DNA of 64,000 nt, from positions 32,614,757-32,678,756 of the forward strand of contig NC_068993.1 in assembly GCF_001194135.2 (NCBI RefSeq), given 5' to 3'. The first letter of the stretch is position 1. The number at the start of each line of letters is the position of its first letter. The DNA is from Octopus bimaculoides. Taxonomy: Eukaryota. The notes under the pieces were generated by a model. That model ran no database searches and was not told the DNA's origin. It was given only the letters and a program-made list of their open reading frames with translations. Shown piece after piece: positions 53,430-64,000 of the stretch. Both the position numbers and the translations under genes were made by a program.

Positions 53430-54937
53430 CTGGAAATAATAATACACAGAAAGAATATGAAAATACATGTATAATTATGCAGTACCATATAGAGTGAAAG
53501 CAAGATAAAGAGAGAGGGGGAGGAGGGAGAGAGAAAATAGTAGTAACAATATTTATATTACATAAATAATAGTTAAATTTCCCTCAAATCAGTTTACCTT
53601 ATTAAGAAAAAAGAAAGGACACAAATGAAATCTTAGATATGCAAAAAAAAAGAGAAATAGGTTGGTACTGTCTTGAACCCTAACCTTTGTTTAGATGCCT
53701 GCTCCATCAAAGCATCAGAGCTGCCCTAAAGTCTAAACAACCCCTGCAACATGGTATTTAGCTTCAACATAGTGGTATTTAGCTTTTCATGTTCTGAGTT
53801 TGAAGCCACTGCATCACTAGCAGAACTGAAATATTTTCCATGGACACAGCATTGAGCTACCAGCTGATAGATCATGAGTATAACACTGCAGGTATTTGGG
53901 TTAATTCTATATATCTCAGGACATTTAGATGGTTTTGTTTTTGTTATTTTACATGTGTTAATCAGAAGAGGAAATATAACCTCCACCCCACATATGATCC
54001 TTTATTATTTTCAGGACTTCTGAAACTTGTGAAAGGAAGTGAAGTTCTCCTCAAACCAGAGACATGTCTCGAATACTTGCAACAAAATTAAAAGTAACCC
54101 ATTAAAAGTAAACCAGGTGATGGATTCAACCTACTGCCCAAGAATAGGAAAAGTTCTTCCACACAAGAGTAAGTAGATCCTGAGTTCAAACCTAAGGCAG
54201 GTATTTTGATGTGTTTTCAAGAGGCTAGTCCACTTTAATTCTACATTGCCTCATTACTCCAGTTGTTCCCTCTAACAGGTCCTCTTTGGAGAAGGCAACC
54301 TGCTATCGACCTGCCCCTGACCACCACCACCACATTGGTATCTTATCCAAAGAAAGAATCATCTTTTCATTTAGTTAACAGTGTTAAACCACAGCTAAGC
54401 ACTGATCCTTGAAAAGCTTTTGAGAGTTTAAGTAGACTCATTGACATAACATAATTACTCCTCACACACACAAGGGGACCTCTATGTGGTTGCTGGACTT
54501 GCTAGACGATGACAACAACAACAGCATTAGTAGCAGCAACAGTGGCACCACCACCACCACCACCACCATCATCATCATTTAGTGTCCACTTTCAAATGAT
54601 GTCAATGATGATTATCAAACCAGTCCAATGACCACACAGAGCCTTCCTTGTATCTGCAAAGTATTCATGTGACATCAATAAGGCGACTTAAACTATCAAT
54701 GACATTCTCACTATGCATAGGCCAAGTGCAAAATTATCATGTTTGAATTACTTTTGTTCATAGATTAACTCAGAGTGAGCTGACCAGAGGCTAAACAACA
54801 ACTACAAACTACATCAAGAACTTTTCATACCATTATTTCAGTTATTTCTCTCTCTAGTAAGGTATATATTAAGGTATATATTGACTGAACAGATTCAGAA
54901 ATGATGAAAGAAAGAAGGTAAAGATTAATCCACTAAC

Positions 54938-55074
54938 ATAAATGCAGGATCCTTTGTTTGTCTTATCCTCACATAAGTGTCTATCACAGCTGGTTTGCGG
55001 ACAATTTCAGATCGAGTAAACTCCTTTCCTGATTCGTCTCGGAATGTACGAGTAATTTTTAATTTCCTGCCACC
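54938..55074 (-). CDS. TAF1: TAF1 exon ([46 protein letters not shown])
   Basis: tag|GGT, AT|gttagt; phase 0 to 2; conserved LKITRTF and [10 protein letters not shown] motifs. Confidence 0.95.
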
Positions 55075-56189
55075 CTAGATAAAAAAGAAAAAAATTATTT
55101 GATTAATAAATTCATGTATTGTATTGTAGTATCGTTGCTGTGGGACAGTAATAAACTTCTGGAAAGTTATGTTTGCAAAGTGATTTTGATTCTAATTTAG
55201 GTCATTTTCGTAATCTTACTCTTCATAATTTTCTCCTTCCTTGAGAAGTTTAGCACCTCTTCCTTGTAATATCTTCTGCAGAATCCTTGTAACATGACAC
55301 ATTTCAAACCCAAAACCAACCTTGGCAATGCTGCAGTATTTCACTATTTGTTGTATTATGCATCGAAACATAAACTTGTGAATGTTTATAGAAGATATAA
55401 AGTATAACGTGCAACATTGTTCTATGAAATAAATTAGAAGAACCACACCATTAAATATAACTTCTATTTCTTCTCAAGTTCAGATTCTTTAGAGGAATTC
55501 TGTTGTCTATTGAAATTATTATATAAAAAATTTCAATATTTTTTTCAGGTTTTCTGCTGGATTTTTTTCTACTTTCTTTCCATCAGTATATCAAGAAAAC
55601 ACCAAAAGTAAACTTTTTATTGATTTATAGGTTTGAAAACATTTTAAATACTGTATTGTTTATGGAATGGCAACAAACTTGCAGCAGACTAAATATCTTC
55701 AGCATTAATTTCATCAGAGCTAAAATCCTGCTGAGGTTTTCTTAGCCTTTCATTCCTCTGGCCTTGAGGAAATAAGTACCTTCTCCTGTCAAGGAGTGGC
55801 CTTGTGCCTTACACTCATACAAGAATTCAATTTTTATATTATTTAGGAAACTGTGGGCTGGCAAAAATCCAACAGAGCAATATAGTTTTGTTGCTGTAGG
55901 TTCAGTTTGAATATTGCTAAAGTTATCTGTTTCCTATTGACTAACAAAATTTATACCAGGAAAAAATTAACCAGGCCCTTCATCTATAGACTTGTGACAT
56001 TATACCAATGGTAGAAATCAATTTTAAATCGTTTTTTTCCCTAACATATTTGAAATTGAGATAAAAATACAGGTTTATATGTTTAGAATTAAGTGCAAAT
56101 GCAAATTTAAATGCTATACATAAAAAAAAATCACTAAAAGAATATCAAATTGATAAGAATAACTAAAACAAAATTTGTTTGAAGGAGTT

Positions 56190-57157
56190 AGCTCCATAAG
56201 ACAAAGAACATAGTTCCATAAGAATCTTACAAATGAACAAAAAAAAACAAATGTTGTGACATAGACACAGGGCACAACATTCATATCCACAATATTCATA
56301 TCAAATGTCTTCTTTAATAACAAAATATTCTCTGTTAATAAATACAACACATAATGTTAAAATGAGTAGGAATTATAAATAGTGTACAAGTGTGCAATAG
56401 TGGTGTTCTACATGAAATACTTTACCAGCGAAGAAAATGAAGCACTATCATCATCTTTATTTGGTGCTGACATAGAATTTCCTTGGGTTTGATAAGAAGT
56501 AGAAGAAGAGGACAAAGCCGGCTTCTTCTTTTTATCATCATTTTCTTTATTAGATTCTTCCATCAACATTTTCTGGAGTTCTTTCCGCATCTGTTCTTCA
56601 CGTTCAAGACTTATCTGGAACAAAACCAATGAAACATTAAAATAACATCAAATTTTCCATGCAGGCATGAGTTAGAAGAGATGTACTAGAGTAGTAACCT
56701 GCAACTTGACACCCTTCTTGACACCAATTCTTACTAGTTTTCAATTGATGCTTTTTATTCCATTGGTCTTTGTATGTCAAACTACTGAGCTATGAGACAG
56801 AAGCAGTGTCAAAGCAAATTCATGCACATACACACACAAACAAACACACATATATATGTATAAGGCACAGGTTTGGCTGTATGACTCTGAAGTTTGCTTC
56901 TCAATCATCTAGTTTCAGACTCAGTTCTATGGTATCACACCTTAAACAAGTGTTTTCTATTATAGCTCCAGTAAACCAAAGCTCCATAAGACAAAGAACA
57001 TAGTTACTTGGGTAAGAATCTTACTAATGAACAAAAAAAAAAAAAACAAATGTTGTAACATAGACACAAAGCACAACATTCATATCAACAATATTTATAT
57101 CAAATGTCTTCTTTAATAACAAAATATTCTCTGTTAATAAATACAACGCATAATGTT
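56190..57157. repeat. ~170-bp direct duplication (56190-56358 and 56980-57157) flanking a TAF1 exon
   Basis: About 90% identical by eye; the second copy interrupts a SINE. Confidence 0.9.
56426..56614 (-). CDS. TAF1: TAF1 exon (ISLEREEQMRKELQKML...DDDSASFSSL)
   Basis: cag|ATA, CTG|gtaaag; 189 nt, phase 0-0; overlaps ORF 56408..56629. Confidence 0.92.
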
Positions 57158-57704
57158 GAGTGGATTTGGCAGATGGAAACTGAAACAAGTCAGTTGCAAG
57201 GAGGGAGTTCAGATTTGGGTGTGTGGGTGTCTCTCTTAGTCTTGATGCTGCCACCATCACTTCCACTAACAACACAACCACCACCACCAACAAAATTATT
57301 GTAAATGAGCATCACTGTCATAGAAGCAGTGTCATAGGTTTCCAATCTTCGTCAGAAAGACAGGTCAGTTATTGCTCTCCAATTTTTTGTAAATTCTTAA
57401 ATATAACTCCTTCTGTGTATATATATACTACCAAACAAACATGATTTTTATTGAACTCATAATACTTTTTGTAGTCCCGTTCTGAATACTTTATCGAATA
57501 CTTTCTTGTAAATAGTTTTTAACATTTTCTTATTATCAAAGAATGTATAACTGTATTTTAATACTTTTGTGACAACCAGTACTTAACACAACAAAGCTTA
57601 TACAAAGCTTTACATTTTACTTTTGACAATCTTTTTCCAAAAAAGTGAAACCAGTCAAGTCAATAAACATCTTTAAAATTGCATTTTCAAACCTTCTTTC
57701 ATAT

Positions 57705-57851
57705 GTGGTTGGCGTTAGGAAGGGCATCCAGCTGTAGAAACTCTGCCAAATTTAGATTGGAGCCTGGTGTTGCCATCCGGTTTCACCAGTCCTCAGTCAA
57801 GTCGTCCAACCCATGCTAGCATGGAAAGCGGACGTTAAACGATGATGATGA
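57705..57851 (+). repeat. RTE 3'-end copy
   Basis: Near-identical to 36253-36395. Confidence 0.88.
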
Positions 57852-58105
57852 TTGATATATATATATATATNNNNNNNNNNNNNNNNNNNNNNNNNNNNNN
57901 NNNNNNNNNNNNNNNNNNNNNNNNNNNNNNNNNNNNNNNNNNNNNNNNNNNNNNNNNNNNNNNNNNNNNNNNNNNNNNNNNNNNNNNNNNNNNNNNNNNN
58001 NNNNNNNNNNNNNNNNNNNNNNNNNNNNNNNNNNNNNNNNNNNNNNNNNNNNNNNNNNNNNNNNNNNNNNNNNNNNNNNNNNNNNNNNNNNNNNNNNNNN
58101 NNNCA

Positions 58106-58314
58106 CACAAGGGGGTGCTAAAAAGTTCCTGGCTTTAAGGGTATCGCTAAAGGTCTAGTTAGAGGCCCAACCTTCCAAGTTCTTTTACAGGGCTTAGAAA
58201 AACTGAAGGACTGCTGCAATAAGTGTGTGAATGTGAGAGGGGAAAATGTAGAATAAAATTATAATTAACTGTATTTTCTTTTATTCAACGACAGATACTC
58301 TTCAGCACACCTTG
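58106..58314 (+). mobile_element. Mariner-derived MITE
   Basis: Left TIR aagggggtgctaaaaagttcc, decayed right TIR; internal LKDCCNKCVNVRGENVE* resembles a mariner C-terminus. Confidence 0.6.
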
Positions 58315-58958
58315 CTATATATATATATATATATCCAGTAGTTCATATATCTAAAAAAGAAGCACACTCTAAAACCTTATAATAGTACATCATCACTTAA
58401 TGTTCACTTTTTCATGCTTGCATGGGTCAGAAGGAATTTTTTGAGGCAGATTTTTTACAGTCACATATGAAGCCTCACCTGTTTCCAAGCAAGGTAACAT
58501 GCCTTTCCACAGGAAAACAAAGAACATCATTTATATGAAATAGATTTTTTGTTTATTACCATCATGAGATGTCAGGACAAGGACAAACACATGTAGTACA
58601 GACACACATGTTTGTGTGTATGTGTGTATGTACACAAGCATACAACAGGCTTCTTTCAGATTCTGTTAACCAAATCTGCTCGCAAAGTTCTGGTAAGTCT
58701 GGGGCCATAGTAGGAGACACTTACCCAAGGTGCTACAAAGTGGAACTGAGCCCAAGACCATATGGTTGGGAAACAAACTTCTTCACCACACAGCCACATA
58801 TATACACACAACTGGCTTCTGCACAGTTTCTACCTACAAAATTTCACTTACAAGACTGATGGAAATTTCCCTAAATTTCCCAATAAGTTAAATAAAAGAA
58901 ATTGCGATGAATATAGTGTTTAGATCAGAAACAGCAAAAGAAGAAAACAATTGCTAAC

Positions 58959-59082
58959 CTGTGAACTTGTTTTCTTATTAGCCAACATATTTTCAATATT
59001 TTTACCCATTTCTTCAAAATCTGAATCATCACCAGAGCTTGAATTTTCATCAGTTGATAAAATTTCCTTCGATGAGAGAACC
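58959..59082 (-). CDS. TAF1: TAF1 exon ([41 protein letters not shown])
   Basis: tag|G, CAG|gttagc; phase 2 to 0; overlaps ORF 58920..59102. Confidence 0.95.
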
Positions 59083-59143
59083 CTAAAACATAGAAAAAAC
59101 AAATAATTGTCAACAATAAAACTATTTTGCTTTCTTCCTTTCG

Positions 59144-59174
<31 letters not shown>

Positions 59175-59599
59175 TCCCCTCTATCTTACATATATACACA
59201 GATGCATTCACATAAACATAATAATTATCTTTTGTACAATGTGTGAGCATGAGTGTGTGCGCACATGTATGTGTGAGTGTGTGTGAGTGTGTGTGTGTGT
59301 GTGTGCTTACTTTTTACTATGTACATATGTGGTTACCTAAAACTCAACTTTTAAGATGGATTTTCCAGCATCCTCTGACATATCGTGCCACTGCCACTAT
59401 CACCATCACTTCCACCACCATCATTGACATATATGCATATACACAAATATATGTGCATATACATATATGCACACACACACACACACACATAAGTATATAT
59501 GTATGTATATACTCAACCACAAGCACACACATTTATTTATACAATGTGTAATGGGGGAGTATACATGCAAACATGGAAAAATATGTGTAGACGAAAATG

Positions 59600-59657
<58 letters not shown>

Positions 59658-59709
59658 ATATTGAGAGAAATGATGGCTGCAAGAAGGGGAACAACTCTAA
59701 GTGAACTCA

Positions 59710-59871
<162 letters not shown>

Positions 59872-60474
59872 TCAATCTAACTGGGAGGTCATAGCTAGAC
59901 TACCTTATGGATGGGGTGGTCAACTTTATACAATTCAATCATCCTGAGTTTGTTTCTGTCTTACAGCCATATTTTCCATCATGACACAGGTTACACAATG
60001 GACACAAAAGTAATGTTTCATGACTGGATGCTCTTCTTGTCACCAACCCTTATGTGTTCTTCAAGAACTGGATTTTTTATTCCACTGATCTTTGAAAGGG
60101 CAGAGCTGCAGGATGTATTGTTTACTGAGAATGTAAACATAACATCCTGTAGCTCTGCACTTTCTAAAAATGTAAACATAACATCAAAGTTTTGCTCAGT
60201 GTCAAAGATGTGTGCTGGAAATATTCTCATACACACACACACACACACACACATGGGATCTTCTTCTAAGTAGACCTTGTAAGGGGTCAAGACTTCACCA
60301 AACAACACACCCGTTAGTCACATGTAATAGAGTGGAGTGTCTTGTCCAAGAAGGTAATTTATCATTTATCTACCTAATGCCATGAAATCAGAGATAATCT
60401 ATCAGCTCTTAAGAGCATCATCAGAGATGAGGAGGCCTTTATATTTTACCTGCATACATGCATGCACATGCATG

Positions 60475-60505
<31 letters not shown>

Positions 60506-61827
60506 ATTCATGTTGTAGGAAAAATTATAATAAACACTAGTTTATGTCATTTGTTCCCTATGTACATTTCACCATTATGGTTGTTTGAAACCTTTACATC
60601 AGATGCCCCAAGTACAATTAGATGCTAAATCACAATGGACCATCAGGGGAGCACTGTACAGCATTACTTTACAATGATCAAGATCAACATAATGCTATAA
60701 AATGTTCCCCCGATGACCAGTTGTGGTTAAACATGCAAAAGCACTTGGAACATCCAACTAAGTGTTGCTTCACAACATAAAAATGTTATCTTCATGTACC
60801 ATATTTAGAGCAATTTGATCTGGTAGGGACCCACACCTCTCCAAACAGCACAATTGTTAAGTTACCTTGTGACAGAATGGTATGTCCTGTCTTTTGTCTG
60901 CCATGAAACCAGAGGTAATCCACTTTCAAATAAATAGAGCCCTTTATAATTTAGTTGTTAAATAATAGCTGGAAGTGAATCACCAATTTATGCAGTGCAA
61001 GAAGAAACAGAATTATAATCTAATAAAATAAATGCACATCAATCACATAGTACTCCTGCAGCTTACAGCAATGAAGCAGAGTCAAGACTCTGCTTCTGAA
61101 GTAGCAAAACATGTACCATCTCTACCTCCTGCTCTGTTTAAAACTCACCTGATGCATCCAAACTCCCTCCTTTTCCTCACCAAATATGGTTCATTCCACT
61201 CATAACTATCACTACCAGGTCCTATACTAAACACCTTGTCTAGTCCTTTCAACACTACAGAATTGCTAATCTCTGGAATTTCCACTCTGATCAAAACCAT
61301 TTTCTCCCACCCACCCACCAACTCACCCTTCACTCATCAAGATTCAAGATGTTAAGTCAAACATCAATCACATCAATCTCACAACTCTGCAACAGTTTCC
61401 AAAGGTTATGAATAACATTCTTCTTCCTTGGAATAATGAAATATAACAAGAAAAAAAAAACAATATGGGAATGGAAGAATACAACCTACCTGAACCCATC
61501 CTCCATTACTTGACATTTGTGGAAAAAATTCAATTCAGTAATGCAGCCTAGTAAAACACAGTGCTCCCTCTGCTTTCACTGACAAGCAGTACATCTGTAT
61601 CTACATACGGTCATTATTTGTAGTTAGGTACACGGGTAGTTTAAGTATCTTGTTGCAGAAACACAGTGTTGCCATAGTTACAAGATATAAATAACCAAAT
61701 CTTATTCAAATTAATAAACTGATGTCTACCAACCTAATCAGCTACAACACTCAGGGTCTAACATAGTACTCTATTACTAAGTTAGTATTATAGGGATTCA
61801 TTTAGAAAACCTTCAGGGGATACACAC

Positions 61828-61912
61828 CTGTACCATCTTGTCCTGTTTTAGCCTGAGCTGTTGACATGGTTCTCACAACATCAATAACTTCCCATCGAGA
61901 CAATTTTTTAAT
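61828..61912 (-). CDS. TAF1: TAF1 exon ([26 protein letters not shown][GT]); alternative donor gives a low end of 61834
   Basis: tag|ATT acceptor; two in-frame phase-1 donors 6 nt apart (G|gtacag and CAG|gtgtgt). Confidence 0.9.
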
Positions 61913-62028
61913 CTAAAACAAGAAAATTTATAAGTGACTGATTAATTGACAAACAGATATTTTAGATTAAATATTACACACATTTATGAACAAATGACAG
62001 ATCCACTATAACATATCCATTAACTTAC

Positions 62029-62298
62029 CTCTGACTCCTGCACCCCAAATTTGCGGAGAAGCTGTTTTGCATCTTTAAGATTAAGTCTTCGTAAATCAGC
62101 ATCAGTGCCTGTAACTGTACGCTTCACAGGGGTCTGACTATTCCCTTCTTCCTTTGGTTGAGGTTTATTGGGTACCTTCACATAGGAGAAACCTTCCCCG
62201 CAACCTGTCGGATCAGCAACTCCAGTTAGATCAAGAAGGCACTTGCCTTTCATAGCAGAAATAAAGGCTCTTGTTGTGTTCCAAGGTGCTGTCCGTAC
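62029..62298 (-). CDS. TAF1: TAF1 exon ([20 protein letters not shown]...[11 protein letters not shown])
   Basis: tag|GTA, GAG|gtaagt; 270 nt; overlaps ORF 62020..62253; [12 protein letters not shown] and [12 protein letters not shown] motifs. Confidence 0.96.
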
Positions 62299-62655
62299 CT
62301 ACATTAAAAAGAAACTAGATCTCATTTACAAAACTTCACATAAAGTCAAATAATAAAAATAATAATAGATTTGTCCCATAACTGCTTAATGGGTTGTTAT
62401 GGGGTAATTAACTGCTGAAGACTTGGTCTTTGTATAGATAGGACAAGTCTGCCAATTAAACATATTCTAATCTCTAAACCATATCCATAACCATAGAAGA
62501 GTTAGAACTGAAATGCCATGGTTTAACAGAACACTTGTTAATCACATAGTGCTTACAACAGCAAAGTTTTTTTTGTTTCATCTCCACACAATAGTATTTG
62601 TAATAGGCTGGGATATGAATTAGTTAATATTAGCAAGCTAATTAATTTTAGTAAC

Positions 62656-62736
62656 CTCATCATCAATCTTCATCTGTGTCTCTTCCTCATTATCATCTTC
62701 AGGGGCAAACAGAGACTTTTCACCATATCCTGCATC
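62656..62736 (-). CDS. TAF1: TAF1 exon ([27 protein letters not shown])
   Basis: cag|GAT, GAG|gttact; 81 nt, phase 0-0; DAGYGEK motif. Confidence 0.95.
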
Positions 62737-63396
62737 CTGTAAAAAAAAAGACCAACACATTAAATGAAATGTTCAAATAAGGTTACCAATTATTTAACTT
62801 TAGTATAAGGATGAGGGAGGAGCATGACTAAAGTTACCCCCCCCCCACCAGTATTTGACTAAAGTCAACCACCAGCCCCCAGTGATATTTCAGCTGAGAA
62901 TATGAAAGGATAGGACTAAATACCTACAAGAGAGAGAGAGAATGTACTGCAGAGTGTAAAGTCCAACATTCTACTGAGTTTGCCATCCACCACCATAAAT
63001 AAAGTTAGATTGAGAGAAAGAGGTGAAAAGACAGAAAGATTAAGATATAGTGGATGGGTGGGTGAATGGATGGATGGATGGGACAAAAGGAAAAGGGATG
63101 GAAGGAGAAAGACAAAATGGAGAGACAGAGAAAAGGAGAAGGGAGGAAGAAAGGAAGATAGAGGAGGGGAAAGAGAGAAGGGAGTGAAGGGTGGAAAGAA
63201 GGAGGAAAAGAGGAAGGACAGAAAAAAGAATTGAAGAGAGAAAAAAACAGAAAAATAGAAAGACAGAGAAAAGAGAGAGAGAGTGAGAATGAGAGGAAAG
63301 TAAAGAATTCTACTGCAAATCAAAAGAAGACTAAAACGAGCAAAAATGAAGAACAGAGCAAATAAAATAAGAGACCACTGATGGCCATTAGCTTAC

Positions 63397-63527
63397 TTTT
63401 AATCTTTGCTCAGCAGCCAGCATGGCATAATAGCCACAACATTGTTCTGGGGACACCATTGCTCGCATCTCTTCTTCAGTGGGTAAACGAAAGTCTGGTT
63501 TCAATACCCACCAGTTTGAGTCCATTC
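63397..63527 (-). CDS. TAF1: TAF1 exon ([44 protein letters not shown])
   Basis: cag|GA acceptor, AAA|gtaagc donor; near-identical to the conserved TAF1 core sequence; phase 1 to 0. Confidence 0.95.
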
Positions 63528-63774
63528 CTGGTAAAAAGACATTTATTTCCAGTTCAGAATGCAGTTATAAAATATTACCAAAAGATAAAAAATAAAGATA
63601 TGAGGTATGAAGGAAGAATGGAAATCAACAATAAAGAAAACGTGGAGGCCTGCAAGCCACTTGGCAGTCAGCCCATCAAGGTAAGCAGTATGTATTTACT
63701 TTGGCATCAGCCTTGATAACCTCCATCCATTTCTTTAGTTACCAAACACAGTAATAAAACCAAACAAAACATTC

Positions 63775-64000
63775 ATTATCATTTAGAGTCCATTTTCCAT
63801 GCTGGAACTGGTAAGCTGGAGAGCTGTACTAGGCTCCAGTTTGTTTTGGTTTGGTTTCTACAGCTAGATGCCCCTCCTAATGCCAACCACTCCATTGAGT
63901 GTCTTGGATGTCCTTTATATGTCACCAGCACAGGTGCCTTTAACGTGTCACCAGCATGGGTGCCTTTTATGTGTCACCAGCACAGATACCTTTTGCATGT
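63775..64000 (-). repeat. RTE 3'-end copy with tandem ~26-bp modules, running off the window
   Basis: ctagatgcccctcctaatgccaacc motif, then repeated gtgtcaccagca units. Confidence 0.7.

Noticed and set aside
62916-63323. 135-aa F/L/S-rich ORF and the opposite-strand K/R/E-rich ORF
   Set aside because: Low-complexity purine-rich intron sequence.

Overview
Eukaryotic, AT-rich, microsatellite-rich genomic DNA with several N gaps. The repeat repertoire points to an octopus/coleoid cephalopod (inference). The dominant feature is the 3' part of TAF1 (TFIID subunit 1) on the minus strand. I reconstructed 24 coding exons between 63527 and 15380; they join in one frame (3248 nt, phases consistent, TGA at 15380-15382). 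They encode the end of the DUF3591/HAT-like region, the RAP74-interaction region, the CCHC zinc knuckle, both bromodomains and an acidic tail; the 5' exons lie beyond the window. One intron has a non-canonical GC donor and one acceptor is built into an (AAT)n tract. The rest is mostly transposon debris. There are three Penelope-like elements, each with a recognisable type I hammerhead ribozyme. Also present are RTE and Tx1/L1-like LINE remnants, many RTE 3'-end copies with a recurring pseudoknot-like module, tRNA-derived SINEs, maT/mariner/hAT elements, a long-TIR foldback element, a probable solo LTR, a probable Helitron end and a 5S rRNA pseudogene abutting a SINE. A few unidentified exon-like segments lie at 6-12 kb. 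No CRISPR or prokaryotic features were found. All analysis was by eye; repeat boundaries are approximate unless stated.
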